A DNA stretch of 63,745 bases, counting the filler, from Octopus bimaculoides (taxonomy: Eukaryota): assembly GCF_001194135.2 (NCBI RefSeq). It is 6 parts of 6 records of this genome, joined end to end, with 100 filler letters (N's around TTAATTAATTAA, not from the genome) between each part and the next. Parts side by side here need not be neighbours in the genome. Positions count along the whole stretch, not along the records: positions 1 to 14,074 come from NC_068992.1; 5 more parts are not named here. The stretch is one strand, 5' to 3'. Position 1 is the stretch's first letter, and the number at the start of each line of letters is the position of its first letter. A program made the position numbers and the translations under genes. Shown here piece after piece: positions 1 to 12,788 of the stretch. The notes under the pieces are model-generated. The model was not told the DNA's origin and ran no database searches. It was given only the letters and a program-made list of their open reading frames with translations.

Positions 1-73
1 TATATATGTATGTATGTATCTGGAAACCTATATACATAATTCTCTTCTTCTTCTCTCTCTCTATGTATATATG

Positions 74-227
74 CACTCTCTGAGTGGTTGGCGTTAGGAA
101 GGGCATCCAGCTGTAGAAACTCTGCCAAATCAGATTGGAGCCTGGTGTAGCCATCCGGTTGCACCAGTCCTCAGTCAAATCGTCCAACCCATGCTAGCAT
201 GGAAGGCGGACGTTAAACGATGATGAT
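74..227 (+). mobile_element. SINE family B, 3' portion
   Basis: Body ggttggcgttaggaagggcatccagctgtagaaac...ccatgctagcatgg...ttaaacgatgatgat matches other copies in this window (4520, 13885, 59335, 60290) and ends in a (GAT)n tail. Confidence 0.8.
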
Positions 228-799
228 ACATGTGTGTATGTCTGTGTTTGTGAAATATTCCTCTGTATGATACTCAATGTACTTTTAACATGGAATGATA
301 TTTGTATAAAAATGTGCCTTTCTTGGTGTGGCCATGTGTGGGCGTGTGGATATATGTGGATATGTGTGAGTGTGTGTGTGTGAGTGAGCTTGTGTATGTT
401 GTTGCCTAATCATCATACATAAAGTGTTTTTAACATGGAATAATAACATGAATAATACTTTTGTTATTGTAATATTTTAGAATATTATTCAGACTTTTTG
501 TCTATATGGATATATTTTTTTAACTTTGTTTTGATATTCTTGAAGAAAAAACAAGAATATTTTCTATCATCAGCTGACTGAAAACAGTCCAAAACAGAGG
601 AAATATTACTTGATTTTATAATTGTATTTATCTGAATTTATTATTATTATTATTGTAGTAGTTGTTGTTGTTGCTGCTGATGTTGGTTTTGTTGTGGTGG
701 GTGTTCTTGTATTTCCAGTTTGATATCAAAGTGAAAAGAAATTGAAAAAATAACTTTTAAAATATTTGAAAATGGGTTTTTTTTAATACGTGTCTATGT

Positions 800-1152
800 G
801 CATGTATACATAGACACACTTACAAACACACACTCACACACACACACACACACACACATGTATGTATGTGTATCTGTATATATCCATGTGTGAATATATG
901 TATAGTTTTGTAGATTTGTGTATATGTATATGTGTATACACACACACACATATATACATACATATATATACTTATATATACACATATATATATATATACA
1001 CATACACACACATATATATACATACACACACATACACACTCACACACATATATACATATATATGCCTATATATATATATATACATACATGCACACACACA
1101 CGCTCACATATATAAAGATATATATTATATACACACATATATATACATACTG

Positions 1153-1198
<46 letters not shown>

Positions 1199-1385
1199 TA
1201 CGGATGCATACATATACATATATATATGTGTGTACATATATGCTACATATATGTGTGTATTTGTGTATGTACATGTATACATACATGCATAGATATTAAT
1301 ATATATATATTTATATATGTGTGTTATTAATATATATATTTATACATGTGTGCATGTGTATGTATATATTTATATCTATATATAT
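800..1385. repeat. Compound (CA)/(TA)/(TG) microsatellite field
   Basis: Dinucleotide repeats visible directly; they explain the overlapping Y/I/H/T/C/V ORFs. Confidence 0.95.
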
Positions 1386-1579
1386 TTATATGAAGAAGGA
1401 CAGCAAAAAAACTTTGAAACAAAGAAATTCTCATATCTGTATATGTGAAATGAGATGTGACTTACGTAATACGTATTGAGTGCACCATTAACCTTGTGTT
1501 TTATGTTTCTGTGTACTCTAGCTTTCTATTGGTCTGTTTCCTGATTGTCCTTGGGTGCCACAATTATTTTTTGTTATTG

Positions 1580-1615
<36 letters not shown>

Positions 1616-2011
1616 GTTGTTGCTGTATATTTTGTTTTGAGACAGTTTCCTTGCTTGTTTAACTTAACCAGTTTCTTTACAGCCATCTCGTTTTGCTGTA
1701 ATAATTTCTTATTATTTTGGCTAAAGGCCATACGTTTTGTACACGGGGAAATCAGTAGTTAATTGGATCATGCCAAGTACATGCTTAGTATTTGTTTTAG
1801 CAACCCCTTGTAGAGGTGAAAGACAAATTCAGCCCTAGTGAGATTGGAACCTGGATAATAGGTATTTGAGGATGTACTTTGACTCACTTTATTATTTCTT
1901 ATATATTGATAATACTTTTTATTTCTTCTGATAAAATTTTAATAGTCATGTTGCTCCTCCATAGCAGGGTCCACAATCACTAGGCTGGGTTCAATACTAT
2001 GCCAGGGGTCA

Positions 2012-2417
2012 GTACTGTGTTGAGGATCACCTGATACTGGGTTGAGGATCACTTGGTACTAGGTTGAGGATCACTTGGTACTGTGTTGAGAATCACTTGG
2101 TACTGGGTCGAGGATCATTCGGTACTGGGTCGAGGATCACTTGGTACTAGGTTGAGGACCACTTGGTACTGGGTCGAGGATCACTTGGTACTAGGTTGAG
2201 GATCACTTGGTACTGTGTTGAGGACCACTTGATACTGGGTCGAGGATCACTTGGTACTGGGTTGAGGATCACTTGGTACTAGGTTGAGGATCACTTGGTA
2301 CCGTGTGGAGTATCACTTGGTACTGGGTCAAGGATCATTTGGTATTGGTTCGAGGATCATTCGGTATTGGGTCGAGGATCATTTGGCACTGTATTGAGGA
2401 TCACTTAGTCCTGGGTC
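2012..2417. repeat. 22-bp minisatellite, about 18 copies (consensus gttgaggatcacttggtactgg)
   Basis: Tandem units read directly, with variants such as gtcgaggatcattcggtactgg and gttgaggaccacttggtactgg. Confidence 0.95.
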
Positions 2418-2732
2418 ACAATGGAAGAATACATTTTAAACTTTTATTTCTGTTTTATGGGATGGAACAGAACAGTTCTAGGATGGTACAGAAATTGGAA
2501 AATTAGGTTGTTTGTCTTTATGATTGAATCAGTTTTGTTACACACCCTAGTATATATATATATCATCATCATCATCATCATCATTATCATGATCATCATC
2601 ATCATCATCATCATCATCATTTTAATGTCCATTCTCAGTGTTGGCATGTGTTGGGCAGTTTGACAATATTCTCTTAAAAATCCCCAAAATGAAAAATCTA
2701 GGTGATGAAAACCTTATATGAAACTGTAAGCT

Positions 2733-3190
2733 TCAACCAAAAAATCTTAGAAAATACTTTATGAGGGCAAAATTTACATCAGAGGATAATACAGAATTCT
2801 CCATGAAGGACTCTGGAGATAATAGATGTGGAACATGTAACAAAAGCAACTTCAAATATTTGGACACTGGTTCCCATATAGCATTTAAAAGTGAATTCTC
2901 CTTCCAAGTAAATGCAGATATGAACTGCAAGACGCAGAATCTCATATGTTGTATAACCTGCCCCTACTGCAAAGAAAACCATATTGGCAAACTCAATAAT
3001 TCTCTTTACCAATGAGCAAGAATCCACAGACAAGAAGAGTTACACAATGTTCTGCTGACTAAGCATCTGAAAATATGTGGAAGCAACAGATTCAAGATCT
3101 TTCTCTTCTACTAATGCCCAAGGGATGATCCAAAGTATTTGAAGGCAATGAAACTACTTTTATGAAAAAAAATTCTTATCTAAACTAAAC
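2733..3190 (+). pseudogene. Penelope-like retroelement fragment: C-terminal linker and GIY-YIG endonuclease, disrupted
   Basis: Translates as QPKNLRK/frameshift/MRAKF...RCGTC...FQVNADMNCKTQNLICCITCPYCKENHIGK...*ARIHRQ...HLKICG..FKIF...KLN. This matches the PLE pattern (N-C..N.IY.I.C..C...YIG.T) recalled from known elements. Contains stops and a frameshift. Confidence 0.85.
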
Positions 3191-3304
3191 ATATGAAAGA
3201 AGATAAAATATATTTATAAACACATGAGAAATCATTATTAAAATGTTCTCATTACTGTTAATGAACTGACTAGAAAAATGTAGTTAACTAACCAAGAAAC
3301 AACA

Positions 3305-3349
<45 letters not shown>

Positions 3350-4519
3350 TTGAAAATTTTCAAAACAATTTGATAGAAATCTATTTTCTACAGCTGGATG
3401 ACATGACAGTTGATAAAAAATAGAATGTCTAAAAGAAAATTGACCTCTTGAACTGTCATTAATTTCCACCATGCCAGAAAAAGACCATTTTCTACAGTTG
3501 GGTAGTATGACAACTGACCAAAAAATACAATACAATTTCAACAATCCCAGTAAAAGACCCGTTTCTTTCTTTCGTTCATTCTTTCTTTCTTTTATTCTTT
3601 CTTTCTTTCTCCCTGTCTTTCTCTTTTCCTTTTATCTCTCTAAACAAGCCTCCAAAAATTCACCACATACACCTATTTACATACACATAACATACACACA
3701 TACACACACACACACACACACACATGCACACATAGATTCACTCATATAGATTCAAAATAACAAAGAACATTCTCTTCCCATTCCAACTCTGCATTTTTTC
3801 AACTAACTCACATGTATATAACGTCACAAATTTTATGTAAATAAATCATTCATGAAGATTCTCTCAAAAAGAGATGAAAGCTCTAAATAAATAAATACCC
3901 GAACTTCAGACAATCTCCTTTTTCTTAATATATAAAATCAGTATACCACTTCAAGCAATATATACATACATACTCACACACACACATGTACACACACTCA
4001 GAGGCACATATGTATATACACACACACACACTTACACATGCAGACATATATTCCCATCCTCACATAAAAATATAGTTTTCCATGATATTGTATACTGTAC
4101 ATGTACACACATACACACACTCGCACATGCACTCACTCACACACACATACACAAATATACGTAGTCTCACACAACTTCACACACATTTCCATCCTAACCT
4201 CACTCACAATTATGCACACACACCATCATTGCTCAGCATTTATGTGTACCAACCCCATATATCCTTATGTCGACTACAAAGCATACAAACGCACACAGAC
4301 ACAATGTTACTCAACGTCCCTCAGCTCCCTTCATGACTCTTCCTTATATAGATTGGTATTTGACCCCTGACTTTTAGCTTCCTACATATTTTCTCTCCAA
4401 TTAATTTGTTCTTTCATTGTTTCTTTCTCATATTTACAATCCAGTCCTAGTTTGTATGTTTACTGTGAAGATGCTTGGCCTGGTAGTAGTTTGAGTGGTC
4501 AACTCATAACTGCAAGGTC

Positions 4520-4938
4520 ATCATCATCATCATCATCATCATTTAACGTCCACTTTCCATGCTAGCATGGGTTGGACAATTGACTGAGGACTGGTGGACC
4601 AGGTGGCTACACCAGGCTCCAATCTGATTTGGCAGAGTTTCTACAGTTGGATGCCCTTCCTAACACCAACCACTCTGAGAGTGTAGTGGGTGCTTTTATG
4701 TGCCACCGGCACGAAGGCCAGTCAGGCGGTACTGGCAACGGCCATACTCAATATGGTGTATTTTACGTGCCACCTGCACAGGAGCCAGTCCAGCAGTACT
4801 GGCAACGATCCCGCTCGAATGTCTTTTCACGTGCCACTGGCACAAGTGCCAGGAAGGCAACATTGGTAACTATCACGCTCAAATGGTGCTATTTATGTGC
4901 CACCGGCATGGAAGCCAGACAGCTGGCTGATGCCTGGT
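4520..4938 (-). mobile_element. SINE family B with four internal ~65-bp repeats
   Basis: (CAT)n tail plus tttaacgtcc...ccatgctagcatgggttggac body, then repeated gtgccaccggcac-like units near 4694, 4761, 4825 and 4891. Confidence 0.8.
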
Positions 4939-5734
4939 GATGCAACATTATGTTCTTGAGCAAAACACTTCATTTCAGGTTGCTTCTATCTACTCACCAG
5001 CTGGGGGTCAGCTTTATGATAGATTGGCATTTTTTTTTCACATGGAATTATTATACTCTTGGGTGCTTATACAGCACAGAAACGAGAATAAATTCTGGCC
5101 TAATGAGTTTGTAGACACATGACTGTTCTGTCACCTGTCACTTAAAACCTATCAGCTTCAAAAGTTTTAACATAAAATTTATGATCGGATTTCTTCTTAC
5201 CAAAATCTTATGTAATAACAGGATTTTGGTCAATATTCTACTTCAAATACAAACACCCTATTATTTGGTAATTTCTGCTGGAATGGTACCCAAAAGGTGA
5301 AATTCTTAGACTCAGAAACTTGAGAATGCTTACGTTTGGATTTCAAACATTTTCTTTTTTTTTTTGTTTCTGTTTTATTCATAAATGCCAAGTTCTTCCT
5401 TATATTCTTTGAAATCTGAGCTTCTAGGAAAAGAACCAAAGAATATTATCAATTATTTAAATAGGTATTGAAGGCATTTGCAAATTAAGTGACATTAAAA
5501 TATTCAGCTCAGAACTCTCAAATAAATGAGCAATTTCTATTTTTTTTTTTTATGAGGAAATTCTATTTATGATTATTTGTTATTTACATTTTTCATTTCT
5601 TCATTCTTCCACTTTCATGGATTCTTATTTATTGTAATTATCTGAAGAAACTTGTAGAAGTGAAGAAATGTCAGGAGGGAAAGTGTCAGTGGTTTAGAGG
5701 AATGTTAGAAATGCATGTCTCCAAACCTGCATCT

Positions 5735-5915
5735 CTTAGTGAGCAAGACTCGATGTAGTTTCTTGATTCTGCTAGAAATGGCAACCAAATCGCCTTCAAA
5801 TCGCACCATACCTTACTATTCTTAATTACGGAAGAATGCATTGAATAATGTACTCCTAAATAGACTTAGTCTAAATGAAAAAACAGGGTCATCAAGGCTG
5901 GAAGAAGTTTACCTT
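5735..5915. repeat. Dispersed repeat of unknown class (ctagaaatggcaaccaaatcgccttcaaat family)
   Basis: Related segments at about 26030-26100, about 30340-30395 (reverse) and about 58490-58530 (reverse). Confidence 0.5.
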
Positions 5916-6077
5916 TAATTTGCTTCAATGAAGTTGGCTTGAAATTAACAATATCATCATCATCATCATCAGCATTGTCATCCTCCTCCTCTTCCTCCTC
6001 CTCCTCCTCCTCCTCCTCCTCATCATCATCATCATCATCATTGCCATCATCATCATTGCCACCATCATCATCATCAA

Positions 6078-6128
<51 letters not shown>

Positions 6129-7240
6129 TATCATCATCATCATCGTCATCACTGCATCTATGTCTATTTTGGTGTGTGGGGTGTGTGTGCGGGTGGAGAG
6201 GTTGGACAAGACATCTCGTGGCAGTATTTTAAAGGCTGGGGTACTTCTTCCCGATGCCAACCTCTGCTTGTTTTCTCATAAAGTATTTTTATTCTGCATC
6301 TTCACATGTCAAACTGCCACGCTGCTGGACTATTTGCTTATGTATGACTTAAACAATGTCAGTTCCTTATGTGAGTAGCATCAATGCAGAGACTTACAGA
6401 AACAAATGCACACACACACACACACACGCGCGCGCACACACACAAACACACACGCACACATATATATCTACAAAGGGCTTTTTAGAGCGTTTCTGTACTA
6501 GATTTCTCTTTCAAGGCACTGGTCAACCTGAAACTTTTAGAATGCTCTTTCGAAAGGTTTCACCCAGTGTGGGATTGAACACGCAGCCACTTGGTTGCAA
6601 AGCAAGCTTCTTAGCCATGTAGTTATGCCTGTTCTTTATCCCAATATTAATGTGAGTAAAAACTATATTTAAAAAGGTTGTGAAGAAAAGAAGACTGCAA
6701 TAGCTTCAATGTAATGTCTACTTTAAAACAATCTCTGTTATCTTAAGATTGGAAACATACTAAAAAAAAAAAAAAAAGAAATAACCAAGCAAAGAAAAAA
6801 AAAACATGGTCCAACTTTTAAAGACTTAAACAAGAATCTGGAAAAAAAAATTGGTGGATAAATTACTGGGTTTTCTTTGTAGATATTTATTTATAACTCT
6901 CTTGGTACCAATCCACCTGTAACTTTTCAAATTCTTGTGTTAATTTATGTTCCAAATCCCAGCTTGAAAATGAAAAAAGTTATCTTACTATATTCTTCAT
7001 TATTTCCAAAATTAATTGAACCAGGGACATTTACAAGACTATGATAATAAAATGGTTATGGGACTATGCAGAAGAGTCTTTGCTGTTTTCGTTGCTCTCT
7101 CTTGTAGTCGTTTCTCAATCATATTACACACCATGCTTCAAGTAGTTTTGAAAACAATCAAGAATTTTGTAGTTAAATAACTAAACTGTACTGAATATCT
7201 TATAGAAATATGCATCTAACCAAACAAAAACTGTATTGCA

Positions 7241-7455
7241 ATTAATGAGGTCATTAGAGAGAGATTCATGCGTTTTGCAGGACATTGCTGGAGACCTAAG
7301 TAAGAACACATTAGCGATACACTGCTGTAATCAACTTGTTGTAGTTACATATGGATTGACCATCCATCAGAAACTATTATCAACTATATATGTACAGGCA
7401 CCAGTTGTTTCATTGCTGATCTTTCAAATGTTATGTAGGATCGTGTGTGACTGAG
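7241..7455 (+). pseudogene. Non-LTR retrotransposon (RTE/RTEX-like) ORF2 C-terminal fragment
   Basis: Frame from 7241 reads INEVIRERFMRFAGHCWRPK*EHISDTLL*...DLSNVM*DRV, resembling the IRERRLRFAGHC.R...LLW...LM.DR end of RTE-type ORF2. In-frame stops present. Confidence 0.7.
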
Positions 7456-7529
7456 TTGGCCAAAAATACATGCAAACTGAACCAAATGATTCATCATCAT
7501 CATCAAATGTTTTAAATCCGGGTTTTATC

Positions 7530-7828
7530 CCTCCTTATTCTCCCGACCTTGCTCCTTCACATAACCATTTGTTTCGTAGTTTGCAGAATCGTTTGGGGGA
7601 CGTAGCTTTCGCAAGCCAGGAGGAGGTCGAAACTGACATTTCAGAGTTCTTTGCTTTGAAACCAAAAGAGTTTTACATTGATGGAATTAAAAAGCTTGTA
7701 AATAAATGGAAGTAAGTCATAGATAATCAGGGAAAGTACATTGAGGATTAAATTTCAATTAGATATAACATTTGATCATTTGTTTGTTTTATTCAAAATT
7801 CGGACAGAACTTATGGGATGATGTGATA
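7530..7828 (+). mobile_element. Mariner transposase 3' fragment with probable right TIR
   Basis: PPYSPDLAPSHNHLFRSLQNRL...FFALKPKEFYIDGIKKLVNKWK*VIDNQGKYIED* contains the mariner YSPDLAP motif. It is followed by a TIR-like cggacagaacttatgggatgatgtgata. Confidence 0.9.
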
Positions 7829-9565
7829 AATAAAAGCAGGGAAGAGGTAAGAGGAAAGAACAGGGCCTTGAGGTGAGGCAAGAAGGCTCAATAAATTAGA
7901 ATCATACCATTTTGCAGTGTGAAGCTTGAAGTCGATGGGCAAAAGAATAAACTAGCAAATAATCTGGAAAAATAATTGTTGGGTTATCTCTTTTTATAGG
8001 GGTACCAGGGTGTATCCTCGGATACCTAAGACCATATAGGTTTTCAACATACAGGATACTCCATTATAATTTTTTATCAAATTTTTCATCAGAACTAGAG
8101 AATAAAAGAATTACAATAATAGTAACAGGCAAGTGATTCTTTTATTCTCTGCTTCTGATGAAATATTTGTTAAGAAATTATAATGGAATATACTGTATGT
8201 TGAAAACCTATATGGTCTTCTGTCTCTGAGGAGAGCAATTTATTTCAAATTGATGTAATGCTTGCATTGATTGATTAACTGGAGCCACTTGAAACAGCCG
8301 TAATGCCCTAATTCCTGAACATCCTTGTTACTTATTTGCTTTTTATTCACCTTACTTTGAGCTGTGTGGCTAATACCGGACTGACTTGGTACTTGTGTGT
8401 TTATAGATATAGTTATAGAATGACTGTTGACACTTGACCAAGGAAGACCATCACTGACTATTGCCGATGCAAAATGTCAGCAGTGCTTGTGCATAGGGTC
8501 ATTGCATCCACGGTCAGCTTCACTTGTGCTTGCACCTACAGCTGCTATGCTTGCTGTGGTACCCTCATACTTGACTGGACATTAGAAAGTCACCTTTCTT
8601 CGAGATTGTGCAACCTAAGATTTTACATCCAATAAGGCTTGTGCAACATCTCACAAACCCTTTCCATTATATTGGTAAGATCTAGAGACGAGCCAGGGCT
8701 AGATATCCAGGGGTAATATGGGTTGCACACTTGGCAGTATGGGAGCACTAGGAACTGTTTCTATTTTATTTTATTTGAATTTACTGTATTCCATTTGAAC
8801 TAGTGACCATTCCTCCAAAATAGAACCCCATTTGTTTTGATTTCCTTTCCTTTTTAATTGTCTTATTTATCAGTATTTTTCAACACTTTCATCACCCCTC
8901 CCCCTCTCAATCTTCATTTATCCCTACATTCTTTTGTATTATTATGTATACAGCTTTGCTATTTTGTCCATCCTTCTAATTCAGCTCTCCTGCCATTCTA
9001 AGGGCCATGTTACTTTTACTTTTTTATTTTCCATTCATTAATTCTATGAGTTCATCTTCAGCTGCTATTCCAAATTGAATTCTTCAAACACCTGATCTCT
9101 CTTCATTTTTTTTTTTTTATTTCTAGTTTCTTTGTTCCTTTTTTTCCCCTCTCTTCTTCCTTTTTTCTGTTCTTTTCTATATTTCCTTTCCTTTTTTTCA
9201 CTCCCCATTCTCTTCTTTACCCATTTCTTTTTCTCCTTTTCTTCCATTTCTCTCCTTTATTTATTTTTTTTTTTTTTGTCATTTTCTTTCTGTTACTCCT
9301 TTTTTCCTATTTTTCCATTCCTCTTTCTATACCCCTCCTTATCATACTTCCTCCCCATCATCACTCTCTACGATTATATAAAACCATATATAAATGTGCA
9401 AACCTCATCAACTTTCCAGGCACAAGATCCTGTGCACCTACATGTGAACCTCAGAGTAGCAACAGTCTGACCTAACCGAAATAAAATACAATTAATCTCT
9501 TGTCATGGTATTGAGTACTCTTCCCCATCCCACCCCAACAGTTAATATCAAATGGATATATAATC

Positions 9566-9708
9566 ACTGGTACTTAATTTATCAACCCCGAAAGGATGAA
9601 AGGCAAAGTCAACCTTGGCAGAATTTGAACTCAGAACATAGAGACAGATAAAATGCCGCTAAGCATTTTACCTGGTGTGCTAACAATTCTGCCAGTTTAC
9701 TGCCTTTC
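9566..9708 (-). mobile_element. SINE family A (tRNA-like head), CpG-decayed copy
   Basis: Reverse complement of the 22185 and 36309 copies; core ccccgaaaggatgaaaggcaaagtc. Confidence 0.85.
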
Positions 9709-9739
9709 ACCACCTTAACAATGACAGGTAGACAGATAT

Positions 9740-9940
9740 TAGGATTTGGCAAACCAGGTACAGGAAATACATCAAGCAACGGTCAAAATTGTCTCTTTTG
9801 TTATTGATGCATGCAGAATAATTTCAAAGAATCTGGGTGCAGTACCTGAGATCTTAGGCATACTAAATATATTAGGGAGTGCACAAATGGTTGTGATGCT
9901 TGGAATGGCTTATGTGCTGAGGAAGGTGTTATGCCTCTAA
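9740..9940 (+). pseudogene. R4/Dong-like (RLE clade) retrotransposon extreme C-terminus
   Basis: LANQVQEIHQATVKIVSFVIDACRIISKNLG...LGILNILGSAQMVVMLGMAYVLRKVL resembles the DL..EI...W..KVVPVVIGALG.I.K.L...LQK..LLGTAHILRKVL end of restriction-like-endonuclease LINEs (recalled pattern). Confidence 0.65.
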
Positions 9941-9959
9941 GCTGCAAGCAGGAGCTGTG

Positions 9960-10600
9960 GCATAATTACACACCACCTCACCATAAAAAATCTATGTGTT
10001 GGAACTTTTTTTGGCAAAAACACATCCTTAACATAGTTAGGACTACTTCGCAAAGACTGGCCCTTCTCTTCCGAGTCAGAAAATGGCTTCAGTCCCAAAT
10101 GATTATCGACAGTTTGCAAAGCTCATGTGAAACCCTAAAAAGAATATTGCTTCCACACCTTGTCTGGGGTGACTGATTCACAGTGACACCCTACACCACA
10201 TCTAGAAAAGGCTCACTCAATGTGGCATAAATCACTCACAAAGCATGTTCCAACCTTTGGCCTACCGGCATCCTGGTTTGTCTCTCTGCCTTTATTACTA
10301 CTTCTATTTCTTGAAGTTGGCTGGTGTGGTGTCCTCTATCCCCAGGGACTCCAGGCAGACTCATCTCCCTTCTATTCTTGATATATGTTATATCTAAACC
10401 CCAAGCCCACACTACATCAATCGCTATGCTCAGTCAGTCCTTTCACAGAAAATCAGATGTCTAGAATTTCTCCATTACTCTTGCCTTTCCTGCAAGTGTC
10501 AGACTTTGAAAGGTCAAACAGAACATTAACAGCATCAATCTCATCAGTCACAGAAGATCTGCAGAAGCAACAGGCACTTCCTCTTTCTACCAGACCTGGA
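9960..10600 (+). pseudogene. CR1/L2-group LINE 3' fragment (post-RT region and tail)
   Basis: WQKHILNIVRTTSQRLALLFRVRKWL then KAHVKP*KEYCFHTL resembles W..HI..I...AS.RL..L.R and KAQVRP.MEYC.H.W. Degenerate. Confidence 0.7.
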
Positions 10601-11787
10601 AAGTAATAAAGAATAAAATGTACAAACATATATGTAGATTTTGCAGAACAAACAAGATAAATAGGACTTGATGCAAGAGTTTACATTTCATATTTATATA
10701 CTTAATTTTTTTCAACTGACAGAAGTTACAAAGTGAGACTCAAGGGCTGAGAGTTTTTGTATGATACTTATCAAGTTTATAAATGTATTTCAATTGTATT
10801 TTATATTATCTTTGTCATATTTATCTTTTAAAAAGCATAACAAAATGATATTTATATATAAATTCGGCAAGAATAATTTTAAAAGGCTTATGGAAATTCT
10901 ACATTTTTTACACAATTATTTGTTGCCAAAAGCATATTTCTTTATTGCATTTCATAATTTAATGATGAAATATATAATTCATTTTCACACGAATCTTAGA
11001 ACGCTTACAATAAATCACTAGTTATAAATAATCTTGAGTTATGTCATGTCAGAATGATTCTTTTGATGGTATTGGTAAGACTTGACGAGCTAGCATCAGT
11101 TAATTTCAGTTTGATAAGCATGGAAGACATGGAAACTAAATTTGATTCTACTTTGTTTCTTGCTTTCAGGTATATATGATAAATGAAGTAAATTATAGTG
11201 CTGTCAGAAGACAAAAATCACCTGCAAGAAAGAATTTTTGAACAATTTGCTTTCTAATGGAACAGCCTTGTAAAATCACAATAAGATGTTTCTTAGCTCA
11301 AGTTAAAATAAATGCTTATCTTCACATGCTTTTGAAGGCGTTGAGCTTTGTCAGAATTAGTTAACATCATCTAGAAATTCATTGATATGGAATAAGGCAC
11401 ACCACTGAAAGCCAGTAATCATTCACTGTAATATTTCTTGAAGTATCATTTCTTCAAGTATCATTAACTATTGGGGGAAGGGTTTCCATTTTCAAATATC
11501 CTGATCTTGGCTTAACTTATTGTCAGTGAGTGAGAAAGAAATTTATACTGTTACCAAATAATTGATAGGTTCTTGTGGCTAATGAATATTTACCAGCTTA
11601 TTAGAAAACACTTGACTGTAAATTATTGAAAAATGTGCTACAAATCATGTTTAAAGTAATATATTTCTCAAAGACAACCGGTTTCTCTCCTGTGTCTGGA
11701 CAGAGGGTACCTGTATCTGAAATGAAGAAAATTGTATTTTTGATTTCTGGTTGAGACATAGCACATTTCTGTTTTTTTTTAATCTTT

Positions 11788-12365
11788 GGGTCTGGTGGAA
11801 GGAACAGTGCCTGTTGCTTCTGCAGATCTTCTGTGACTGGTGAGATTGATGCTGTTAATATTCTGCTTGACCTTTCAAAGTTTGACATTAGCAAAAAAGG
11901 CAAGAGTAATAGAGAAATCCAGATATCTGACTTTCTGTGAAAGGACTGATTGAGCGTAGTGGTTAGTGTAGTGTGGGCTTGGATTTTAGATATAACATAT
12001 TTCAAGAAAAGAGGGGAAATGAGTGTGCCTGGAGTCCCTGGGGACAGGTGACAACATACCAGCCAACTTCAAGAAATAGAAGCCATTATAGAAGTAGTAG
12101 TATGCCTTTAGGTCAGGGTCAGAGGGTGGAATATGTCTGTGAATTTATGCCACAATGAGTGAACTTTTTCTAGATATGGTCCAGGATGTCACTGTGAAAT
12201 AGCAGTCCCAAACTGGATGAGGGAGCAATATTCTGTTTGGGGTTTCACATGAGCTTTGCTGAGTGTCAGTAATCATTTGGGCCTGAAGACATTTTCTGGC
12301 TTAGAAGAGAAGAACCATTCCTTGGAATGTGGTCCTATGTTAAAGATATGTTTTTGCCAGAAGCG
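11788..12365 (-). pseudogene. Second copy of the same CR1/L2-group fragment, inverted
   Basis: Reverse complement aligns by eye to about 10010-10597, for example the shared cagtcacagaagatctgcagaagcaacaggcact. Confidence 0.85.
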
Positions 12366-12491
12366 TTCCCTCCTTCTGTACCATTCTGGTTGAAATATAC
12401 ACTACCATTCAATCACACTTCTGTTTCATTCATTGGGATCTGACACAGTCAAAACTAAAGACTTAACTTTCAGCAAGTGTTTTTTGTTCCT

Positions 12492-12546
<55 letters not shown>

Positions 12547-12619
12547 CAAAGAATATATATACATGTATACACACATATATGTACATACTTACATCTACAT
12601 GTGTATATATATGCATATC

Positions 12620-12788
12620 AGGGTACAGGACGTTAGAACAATGAACTACAGACAACGGAACGAACACATAGGAAAACGGAAAGCCACTTGGAATATTCCT
12701 TCATCAGCTGTCTCTATTCTAACCTGACGTTTCGAAGATAAGACAGAAGTACTCTAGAATAGTCTCTTCCTGAGTAGTGGATCAACCC
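12620..12788. repeat. Dispersed repeat, possibly Penelope pLTR-related
   Basis: Starts gggtacaggac like 35273. Carries ttcatcag and gacgtttcg motifs typical of PLE terminal repeats. Runs into a gap. Confidence 0.35.

Noticed and set aside
11601-12005. 134-aa ORF containing DTGEKP (C2H2 linker-like)
   Set aside because: No Cys/His finger pattern, and the N-terminal half is an alternative frame of the LINE fragment.
12690-12745. CTGATGA and GAAAC on the minus strand as a hammerhead
   Set aside because: The motifs are in type II order, but stems I and II cannot be formed convincingly.
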